In this document: piece after piece, positions 53,930 to 64,000 of the stretch
Numbering within the stretch: position 1 is the stretch's first letter
How the letters are laid out: each line of letters starts with the position of its first letter
Notes under the pieces: model-generated
Databases searched by the model: none
Told to the model about the DNA's origin: nothing
The model's input: the letters and a program-made list of their open reading frames with translations, nothing else
Assembly (NCBI GenBank): GCA_951406725.2
Contig: OX597820.1
Span: 35,464,001-35,528,000 of the forward strand
Source: Octopus vulgaris
Taxonomy: Eukaryota
Length of the DNA: 64,000 bases
Direction: 5' to 3'
Program-made: the position numbers and the translations under genes

Positions 53930-54105
53930 GCGAGTGGCAGAATCGTTAGCACAAAGGTGAAATGCCTAGTTCAAATGCTGCCGGGGTTGACTTTTCCTTT
54001 CATCCTTTCGGGGTCGATAAAATAAGTACCAGTCGAACACTGGGGTCAATATAATCGACTTAACCCCTTCATTCTTGGCCTTGTGCCAAAAATTTCAAAC
54101 CGATA
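53930..54105 (+). mobile_element. SINE family D
   Basis: Head GCGAGTGGCAGAATCGTTAGCAC; core GACTTTTCCTTTCATCCTTTCGGGGTCGATAAAATAAGTACCAG. Confidence 0.8.
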
Positions 54106-54269
54106 TGATAGTCCTCCGTAATACGTAGATTCTCAGTTGTTTAGTAGGTACAATTGTGTTAATAAATTGAACTAGTTAATTTAAATCTAATACATTATTT
54201 GGAATAGCCTGTATACATGCAAATCCTAGTTCATCCGTCGTTGTCGCTGATGATCAAAAACATCACTTG

Positions 54270-54862
54270 GGAGAAGAAAACGGGGCCTCATATGTCCGAC
54301 TTCGGCCGATCAGTCCAACGCGTGCTCAGAAGGCTCTACTGCAGATCGGGCGCTGGTAATCTGCAGGGATTTAAGGCAAGGAGTTGGCTGTAGACTAGCG
54401 TAGTTCACGCTTTCTTTGTGCTCCTCCAATCCTTTTCTATTCGTAAGAGGTGGCACTTTCGTTAGTGCAGCTTCTCCAGGCAACGCTGACGTACACTCGC
54501 GTTTCCTAGGTGCCGGGGTTGATCTCAAAGCTCTTTAGTGAGGTTTTTGAGTGTATCTTTGAAGCGCTTTTTCTGTCCACTTTGCATACGCATGCTCTCC
54601 ACAAGTTCGCTGTAAAAGTTTCTTGAGGGCATAGTGTGTCCAACTGACCTACGCTCTCCTCAGCAATGTGTAAACGCTTGAAAATCTGCGTAAGAGATGA
54701 TCTCTGTGTCTAGAACCTTGTCTTGCCAGGTAATTTTCAGTGGCTTCCTCGGATAGTTTATGGCGAAGCGGTTTAGCTTTTTGGCATGGCGTTCGCAAAC
54801 CATCCAAATTTCACAAGTGTACAGTAGCGCAGGCAGCACAACTTCAACTTGGTGGCCACCTT
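54270..54862 (-). mobile_element. RTE (BovB-like) LINE 3' fragment
   Basis: Minus strand has TKLK..VLPALLY, WQDKV, LYSEL and GQKKRFKDTLK. Confidence 0.8.
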
Positions 54863-56147
54863 AGCGCAAGCGCGCATGCGCACGCACACGCACTCACACA
54901 CATACAGAAACATACACACACACATTTGTGTGTATCTTCTCCGGCACGGGAGTAATTTTCCCATCTAATTAATGTAGAAATATTTCCTTTGTGCTAAGAC
55001 TTCATAATTATATTGTATGCACCTACCGTTTGTACACACGTGCGCGCGCACATTTATGTATGTATATATGTATGTATGTATATATGTATGTATGTACGTT
55101 TGTATGTATGTATGTATGTATGTATGTATGTATGTATGTATGTATGTATGTATGTATGCATGTATGTATGTATAGCTATTTATGTATACAGCAATTACAT
55201 CATTGAAACGCCAATTTAGCCACTTAAAACATGATGAGTTCTGCAGAAAATATTAAAGTGTTTAATTGATGACGAAACGCCAAAATAACAAATATGAAAT
55301 TTAAGTCACCCATCATGGTTTACGCACGTTTTTGTAAAAAAGTAAAAAAAATACCTTGAAAATTACCATGCAGTGCTCCAGCATGGCCGCAGTCAAAGAA
55401 TGCGTCTTGCGTGATGTTTGTTGAGAATTTGTTACTGTGGTGCTCTTAGGATTAATTGAAATGAACCCCTTACGAAGACTCTCATTTCATTACTTAATTG
55501 TAAATATTTTCTGTAGGTATAAGTTTTCCCCTGAATTTCATTTCAACAATCTTATTTACAACTGCATCGTTTCTTTCCAGGTAAACTGACATCTGACTAT
55601 TCCAAGAACACTTCAAAATTACTAGTGGTGACTTCTCTTGAAAATTCACAAAATTTGACAACATCAATCTTTTAGAAACTTCGGTTCCAAAACTATACCG
55701 GTTTACTGGTTTTTCCATACCAGCAGTGGTCACCTTCGTCCATACACTCTAAATTAAGCAAATTCACTTAAATAATGAAATGAAATATAGGAACCTATGC
55801 ATATTTGTGAATGATACAAATTTATTTATACTCTACTATGCAAATAACTAATCTTCGCAATGTACCATTAAACTAGTCTGGTGGTTGCGGGAATCTGAAG
55901 TTCCTGTTTACATATTAATGCGGATTATAAGAGGTTCTGGACTATCACTGTCCGGACAGTGTTGCATCTACACAATAAAATATTTGATTTAATTACAATT
56001 ATTTAGTAATTACAAGAAAAAATTGTTTTGAACTCTGCTGCATCAACATTGTTCTTGTTGCTGTACTGTTTGTTTACTTAAAGCTGTGATGCCACAGCAC
56101 CACTAATGGGAAATTGCAAAAGGTTGGCTTCTCGTTTCAATCAACAG

Positions 56148-56194
<47 letters not shown>

Positions 56195-56223
56195 GGAGTT
56201 GTAGGGTACCGCACGAGAGGAAT

Positions 56224-56613
56224 TATATACGAAAGAAGGTTTGAAAATGCAATTTTAAAAGATATTTATTTACCTTACCGGTTTCACTCTTTGGAAAACG
56301 ATTGTCAAAAGTAACATGTAGAAGTTTGGTTGCGTTAATCATTGGTTGTTGCAAAATGCTACATTACATATATACAGTCTTTGGTAACAAGGACATGTTA
56401 AGGACATATGTCCTTAACATGTCCTTAACATGTCCTTAACATGCCCTTGTTACCAAAGACTGTATATATGTAATGTAGCATTTTGTAACAACCAATAATT
56501 AACGCAACCAAACTTCTACATGTTACTTTTGACAATATTTTTCCAAAGAGTGAAACCGGTAAAGTAAATAAACATCTTTTAAAATTGCATTTTCAAACCT
56601 TCTTTTGTATATA
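56224..56613. repeat. Fold-back palindrome (~185-bp arms) in (TA)n with a hammerhead-like motif in each arm
   Basis: Arms mirror with few mismatches; the centre has a tandem ATGTCCTTAAC 11-mer. Confidence 0.95.
56523..56567 (+). ncRNA. Hammerhead-like motif with U3-A8 core (mirror copy at 56270-56314, minus strand)
   Basis: UUACUU-UUGACAA-U-AUUUUU-CCA-AAGAGU-GAAACCGGUA-AAGUAA. Confidence 0.6.
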
Positions 56614-56649
56614 TATATATATATATATTGCTTGTTTGTTTTTTGCATA

Positions 56650-57872
56650 CTATCTGATAAGTTAACCGGAGCTTTGGTAAGTAAAGATAATTTTTTTCCT
56701 AGAATTACATTTCTACAATCTTATTTATGACTGCCTTGTTTCTTTTCAGCTAAACTGATATCTGACTAATCAAAGAAGACTAAAAGTAAATATGGCAATT
56801 TCTCTTAAAAAATGGACAAAATTTAGTAACGTGATTTTATCAAGTACGTTCAGAAAAGAATTTAGACCCCGAGAACATTCATACTGACTAGGCTGCTACA
56901 TTAAGAGGTTGACGCTTCAACTTTATCAAAAGTGGGGGGGTCAACTGAATTTAGGCGGGGAAGAAATAGTCTTGAAGATGACATAATGTCTGGACGTCCT
57001 GTAACTGCCACCACCAAGGAGAACATTGATCGTGATCACAACAAAGTGATGGATGACAGGCGATTGACTTTAAATCAAACACCCAATGCTATGAATATAT
57101 CTCGTGAGAGAGTTGAGAATATTCTGCACAATGATCTTGGCTTGACAGAAGCTTCTGTTCGGTGGATGCCACGTCTTCTAACACCTGGTCAAAAGCGCAC
57201 CCAAAAATCTGACTTTGAGTTGGTTTCCTTGAAAGTTTCCCAACCCAGGTTGGGCTAAAGACAGACAATCAATGCAGTAGAAACGAGCCGTCTCGTCTGC
57301 TCCATTGAAAGCCAGTATCGCTTTATTTGTAGCGATGCAAAAGACATCGAGTTTATTGACTACTTTTAAAAAGACCGCACCATTAATGAAGAGTACCATG
57401 CTCACTTGCAGATGCAGTTCCGAAGGGCTATCAAGACGAAATGCCCATGAAGACTGAGGAAAGAAGTCTTGTTTCATCAGAAGAAAGCTGATGGTTTCCT
57501 TGGTTTCAATGGTTGCTGTGTGTGACTGTGGCTTTGAATTGGTTTATCAAACACCCTGTACTCCAGATTTAGCCCTATCTGAACATCATCTGTCGTTCAA
57601 CATGAATAAACACTTGGCTGGGTACCAGTATTGCAGTGATGATGACGTCACATCTGCTGTTGGTGAAAGCTTCTTCACTTCTTCACCAACAGGATGAAAT
57701 GTTTTTCGCCAACAGGAAGAAAGCATCATAACCAACAGGATCAAAGTACCGCAACACCGATAGAATATGTGCGTGGACCACAGCGCTAACTACGTAAAAA
57801 CATAAACCCGATTTGGTCACATTCCATGAGAGTATATTGGTCAACCCATTAGCTTTTCAACAGACTCTCGTA
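56650..57872 (+). mobile_element. Mariner transposon relic
   Basis: EFRRGRNSLEDD..SGRP, RWMPRLLT (cf. WVPRLL) and TPDLALSEHHL (cf. YSPDLAPSDYHL). Its 5' region is also similar to ~55500-55680. Confidence 0.85.
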
Positions 57873-57979
57873 TTTATTCATATAATTACTCTGCTAACAG
57901 GAATTATATATGCAAAGTGATTAGCGAGCGGGATCAATAAAAGAGAAAACAATCAGATTTACACCCATAATGTACACAA

Positions 57980-58038
<59 letters not shown>

Positions 58039-58077
58039 TATATACATACATATATACATACATACATATATATATAT

Positions 58078-58247
58078 ATCACCGTGATCACCGTGACCGA
58101 CCAGGCTATCAGATGTTGCTACACATCGCTGGTCACAATGCGCTTCGTATTGTTTTTAGCCTTCAAATAACGCTACCCCGTTGGCTAAGCGAGCAGGCCA
58201 ACAGAAGAAAGAGTGAGAAGAAAGTTGTGGTGAAAGAGTACAGCAGG
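58078..58247 (-). mobile_element. SINE family A, 3' part (tail type i)
   Basis: Nearly identical to 32-165 apart from an indel. Confidence 0.85.
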
Positions 58248-58277
58248 AATCACGTGTGGATGTGTTTAGATGCAGAA

Positions 58278-58319
<42 letters not shown>

Positions 58320-58448
58320 TTATTTCTGCATCTAAAGACGTCCACACGTGATTGCGTGATTTATGTAGCCATAAAAATTTTACAAAGGACTCCCTTAACA
58401 ATAAGATTACATAATTAATTATATCAATATTTATATTCACACAAACAT

Positions 58449-58502
<54 letters not shown>

Positions 58503-58598
58503 GTATACATATATATATATATGCAGATAGACGCATAACCTCCCTCTTCTCACTCTTCTCTCCCTCACTCTCTCTCACTCTCTTCTGCATATGCACAC

Positions 58599-58635
<37 letters not shown>

Positions 58636-58761
58636 CATACATACACAAGCATATATATGTATGTATGTATATATGTATAATATATATGCATATACACAGG
58701 TACAAGCAGTCGTACGCACACACACAGACACACAGACACAGACACACACACACACACACAC

Positions 58762-58811
<50 letters not shown>

Positions 58812-59162
58812 GTATCTATTATTTCATTAAAAATTTCTGGTGTGTCTTCTGTTCTTGCAAAACTGGCATGAAACTAATCGTTTTGTCAGTTCATGAAACC
58901 CGTTATTGTGATGTGCACGTAAGGGAATATTCAAAATTAATTAATTAACCATCCCCTAAAATGGAATTAGACATATAATTATGATATAGAAAACTTATCT
59001 TTCCTCTTACTCTTAGCTGGCTTATCAGTTTGATGATAATTTTTTTCTTTCTTAACACACACGTGAAACACTGGTCACGTGTAACGTCTTTTCATACATT
59101 TTTTTATCTGAATATATTTTGATAAGAATATCTATACATGCATATATGTGTATGCATGTGTT

Positions 59163-59231
<69 letters not shown>

Positions 59232-59234
<3 letters not shown>

Positions 59235-59875
59235 CGTGGTCTGATCGATAAGTATACGGACTGCTGTCACAGTAACGAAGCTAAAGCACGTAGAGTGAAG
59301 CCGCTTGACGCAGATTGACCTTGAACTCTGCTGTTCATAAGTTTTAACGTTCTAGCTTACTTCCGCTTGAAGCAGCAGTACTTGGAACGAAGTTGTGTAA
59401 CAAGTGATCATCGCATTGATTGTGACAGAGAAAGTTGAGCACAGAATTTGCATCAAATTTTGCCAAAAGCTTGGCGATACATACTCAGAGACCTACGCAA
59501 AGTTTTCAAAAAGTTTTCACCGTTCTTGACACAATCAACGAGATCTTGTGCAACTGAAACCCGAGTATATTTTTGGTCAACTGAATGTAGTTTTGGTACA
59601 AACATGGCAGACATGCGTCTCAAACCCAAATCTTCAGTGGTAATGGACTGAACTGAACCGTAACTATATCCTCTGATAACTCACGGATGGCAATCCAACG
59701 ATTTTCCCCTCACAGCTGCACACAACTGCGATGTTTTTCTCAGCTCTGCTGGTTACGCGTCTCCCAGAAAGTTCGTAAATATCGACATTTTTCGGCCATT
59801 TTAGAAATGTCTGAACCACTCATACATTTGTGAGCGCCTTATACACTCCTCTCCATACACTTTCTGTAACTTTGC
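59232..59875. mobile_element. Mariner relic with internal inversion
   Basis: Plus strand EHRICIKFCQKLGDTYSETYAK runs to ~59510. The expected continuation, AKLQKVYGEECIRRSQMYEWFRHF, is on the minus strand starting at ~59875. Confidence 0.75.
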
Positions 59876-59879
59876 TAAT

Positions 59880-60515
59880 ATTAATGCAGTATACGGGGAT
59901 CGGACAATAAACGTAACCAGTGTCAACGGCGGTTCCAGAAATTGACGAGCCTCGTCAACCTAGCCTCTACAACCTAGATGACGAGCCTCGTCCTGGAAGA
60001 TCTGTAGAGCTTAACGAGGACATCCTGGAAACCCTGGTGGAGCAAAATCCCACTGTAACTGTTGAAGAACTTGTAGAGAGGCTTGGATTTGGTCATTTAA
60101 CCATTCATCGACACCTGCGTGTCATCGGAAAAGTCTGCAAATTGGGTCAATGAGTTCCTCGCCAACGTTCCGAATCTAATCGCGCGCAGTGAGTAAATGT
60201 GTGCTCTTCTTTGCTGTCATGTCTCACGAATGAACCTCTTTTGGAACGAATACTGACTGGTGACGAGAAATTGATTCTCTATAAAAGTGTCAAACGCCGA
60301 AGACAGTGGGTAGGGAAAAGAGAAACACTGGCACCCCAGGTTAAAGAAGGTCTTCACCTACGTAAGGTGTTGTTATCTGTTTGGTGGTATATGAAAGATT
60401 TAATACACTTTGAACTTTTAAACCCAAATCAAACGATAACAAAGAAGATCTAATGCGAGCAGATTGAGCTGCTTACATCGGTGCTAGAAGTAAAACGACC
60501 ATCTTTGGTTTTAAG
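59880..60515 (+). mobile_element. Mariner transposase fragment (second family)
   Basis: LDDEPRPGR, TIHRHL..IGK..KLGQ*VP, RILTGDEK, KVLLSVWW, IHFELL.PNQTIT. Confidence 0.88.
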
Positions 60516-60834
60516 ACGGAATTTGAACTCAGAACGTAAAGACCGACGAATTACTGCTAATCATTTTCCCGGCGTGCTAACGGTTCTCCCAACTCGCTGC
60601 CTTTTAAAGTTTGATTCATATTTCTTGCACGTCAAGCAAGAACGTAGAGAACCCTCTCAATAATTTCAATAAGCAATGATTTCTCTCTCTCCAGTGTTCT
60701 TTTAAGGGTTGCGAGCTGGCAGGATCGTTAGCACGCCGGGCGAAATGCTTAGCAGTGTTTCGTCTGTCGTTACGTTCTGAGTTCAAACTACGCAAAATTT
60801 AGGAGACATCTTTGGTATCAATTCGCCTGCTCTT

Positions 60835-61378
60835 TTAACTCATTTGTTACGGATCCACCTGTGACTGTCTCTGGTTCTATGGTACAAACTTTGTTTTAAA
60901 GTGATTGTAATTAAAACATTCCATCAGAATTTCATGTAATGTTTCAAACACCAGCTTAATAATGACGGAATCATTTCAATAAATTCATTATTAATACTAA
61001 CCCACAAGAGAGCATCCCTGGTTCTATTATATAAACTTCGTGTTTCAAGTAATCTAAATTAAAATTTTCTATAAATTCCATGTTACGTTCCAAACACCTG
61101 CTTAATAATGCTAAAGTTAATTGAGTAAATTATTTATTATTTTCAAAATTAATTTAAACAAAGGCAGTATCTCTCATCAAAAATATAGTAACGGAAGGGA
61201 TTAGCAACGACAAAGTTATTTTTCTAAATTCTTCATTATTTTAAAAATTAATTGAAACGAATTGTATTTAGACAGAAATATGTTAATGAAGGTGATAATA
61301 ATACCAGTTATTCTACTAAATTCTTCATTATTTAAAAAAAATTATTGAAACCAAAGCAGTAGATTTCAACAGAAACAA
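60835..61378. repeat. Degenerate nested tandem repeat
   Basis: CTGGTTCTAT...CAAACACC.GCTTAATAATG occurs twice; AAATTCTTCATTATTT.AAAA-like blocks occur 3-4 times. Confidence 0.7.
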
Positions 61379-61734
61379 GTTGAATCCATGCCATCATCAC
61401 TTCTCGTTTTATGAGTACTGTAATTCTTTATCCCTGGGAGAGTGCCTGATCAAAAAGAACTATGATCAGCGACATTCTAAGCATGCCCTCCACAACTCTT
61501 TTTCCTATGCATAGGGCAGCACCTAAGACTACACCATCCTCTGTGCCTTTTTGCCCCTAAAAAGAGCAGAAGATGATTTCATGGGAGACCTAGATACTCT
61601 TTCTAGCAAGTAGAACAGCCAGCTAGAGGTTCCGTCGTTGTTTCTTTACAAAAGTTGTGTTCCTAAGATATATTTCTGTAAATTTCTTGATTCATTTGAA
61701 AATATATTTCTAGATGTATTTCTAAGTATATATG

Positions 61735-61778
<44 letters not shown>

Positions 61779-61786
61779 TACATACA

Positions 61787-61858
<72 letters not shown>

Positions 61859-61901
61859 CATATATACGTATACACACATGTATATTTAGAAATATATTTC
61901 T

Positions 61902-62527
61902 AAATATACAGGGGCTGACCTGTCATTTCAACATATGGCGTTTATTTTGGGTAAACACCGTTTACATTTACTGTGTAATAATATTCATCACATCCTGCTT
62001 GAAGTATGCCAACTGCGTCTTATCATGTTCAGTATCATCGTCGTTGTTGTCGTCGTCGTCATCACCATCATCATCCCCATCATCATCATCAACATCATCA
62101 TCATCATTATCATCATCGTCATCATCATCATCGGGTTGCAAAGCCCGAAAACCTGTTAGTTGCTCCAAGTCCATACTGGCACACTTGGGAAATTTCCCAA
62201 GTGTGCCAGTATGGACTTGGAGCAACGTCCGAACATTGAGGCTTTCCCGATGATGATGATGACGATGATGATAATGATGATGATGCATTGATGATGATGA
62301 TGGGGATGATGATGGTGATGACGACGACGACAACATACCACAGATTTGATACTGAACATGACTTTTAAGACGCAGTTGGCGGAGACTTCAGCAGGATGTG
62401 ATGAATGTGTCTTTCCAGACACGCAAAATCGGTGTTTCAGAAATAAACGCCATATGTTGAAATGACTAGTCAGCCCCTGTATATTTCACAGGAGCAATAA
62501 TGAACAGCAGGTGATGGGGAGTCATGA

Positions 62528-62584
<57 letters not shown>

Positions 62585-62960
62585 CAATATGTATATACAC
62601 ATGTATATTTAGAAATATATTTCTAAATATAAGGGCTGACCTGTCATTTCAACATATGGCGTTTATTTGGGTAAACACCGTTTACATTTACTGTGTAATA
62701 ATATTCATCACATCCTGCTTGAAGTATGCCAACTGTCTTATCATGTTCATATCATCGTCGTTGTTGTCGTCGTCGTCATCACATCATCATCCCCATCATC
62801 ATCATCAACATCATCATCATCATTATCATCATCGTCATCATCATCATCGGGTTGAAACCTCGAAACCTGTTCGGACGTTTCCAACTGTCTGACGGGTACC
62901 GAAGATTTCCACAGTGCCAGTATGGACTTGGAGCAACTACATTGGGCTTTCCAAATCGAC
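61902..62960. repeat. Fold-back (61902-62486) with perfect 68-bp central palindrome, followed by a third noisy copy (~62595-62960)
   Basis: 62159-62226 is an exact spacer-less palindrome; the arms alternate identical and scrambled blocks. Confidence 0.9.
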
Positions 62961-63089
62961 GAGTATTCGTTGTTAGCTGACTGATATAGTGTGACTACAA
63001 GGAGTCATGAAGAGGGCTATTAAATATTAAAGAATTGGTTAGCATATGTAAGGAGCAACTGAGAGATGGGAATATATAAGAGGGCAAGC

Positions 63090-64000
63090 TAACCAATAAA
63101 CTAGAAAAGGCAATTAGAAATAGTATCCCGAGCAACGTGCCCGTTGCAAAAAGGGCTCTCGACCATCTCTTCAGCACAAAACACCAAGGCTAAGTTATCA
63201 GAGCTCGAGCTCTGGCACTAAAACAAAAAGGAACGAAAGCTGTTCGACGAGAAAGGCTTGGGTACACACAACGTCGCAATAACGACACATTTCGGTTTTT
63301 GACAAACAACGATGGGTGTGTGCTATTTAGTTCCAAGCTGATGTGTGCGGCGTCCCCGCAGCACTTTGTTTAACTGTTCTGAGTAAACGATTTATCAGAG
63401 ATTGCTATGGACTTCAATGCCTACAGTGATGGCTTGATGCGATTCTCGCTAAAAGAGACAAGGCACTGAGGTACGGGATGTATTGACCGGTTCTACAGAG
63501 ATAAATCACTTAGTTTGGATGAGCTACCCTGAGTTTTATGGTTATGTACCAGCCCTATTTAGCAACTTTTTGACAAACGTCTACCGCAACTGGCAGCAAA
63601 ACAGGAAAATTCCCAATTATGTGGACCGGGTGGAGTTAACGCTGCTGAGAAAGGACACCAACAAATGGAATATTATAGGTAATTTTCGATTCATAACACC
63701 GCTAAAGGCGAAGTTAAAGACTTTGACCAAGGTGTTAGCGAAGAGGTTGAAGCTTGTCGTCAGTTGTTTGGTCAGTGAAGCACAAACCTGTACGACCCCC
63801 GACAGATCCGTCTAGGGCAACCCCCACCTCATGCAATACATCAGAGAGGGCGAGAATAACAAATCTGGAGTAGATGAGGTGCTGATCAGTTTCTAAAAGT
63901 GGAAAGCCTTCGATGAGGTCAACCCTCGCTACCAGGCAGCAACCCTAACAGTAGCCCGTTGTAGACCTGTTTTCAGAGGCAAGATCGTTGCAATACACAA
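63090..64000 (+). mobile_element. Tx1/L1-clade LINE ORF2 (RT N-terminal) fragment, decayed, running off the window
   Basis: EFY, TLLRK, NFRFITPL..KLK.L.KVLAKRL, EAQTC..P.RS and KAFDEV match NFRPITLLN..KILAK.LA.RL..QT...PGR / KAFD.V. Confidence 0.85.

Overview
This is AT-rich, microsatellite-saturated eukaryotic DNA, (AT)n, (GT)n, (ATAC)n, (GATA)n, (GA)n and compound trinucleotides. The repeat content looks like an octopus/cephalopod genome; that is inferred from the SINE families and microsatellite load, not verified. No intact host gene is recognisable, and most ORFs in the supplied track are microsatellite translations. Recognisable mobile elements: a full-length IR/DR Tc1 (DD34E), a decayed Tigger/pogo, several mariner relics, a 5'-truncated CR1-group LINE plus two 3' fragments, RTE and Tx1/L1 fragments, a Ty3/gypsy pol fragment, a Helitron-like cluster, a decayed Penelope-like RT + GIY-YIG element, and at least four tRNA-type SINE families. 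The most striking signal is a set of type I hammerhead ribozyme (HHR) motifs in small non-coding, often fold-back elements lodged in (TA)n tracts. One is a retrozyme-like unit with two identical HHR-bearing repeats whose predicted cleavage sites are exactly 360 nt apart (37130 and 37490). The HHR cores also show C-G, U-A and G-C at the conserved 3-8 pair. All folds and alignments were done by eye.
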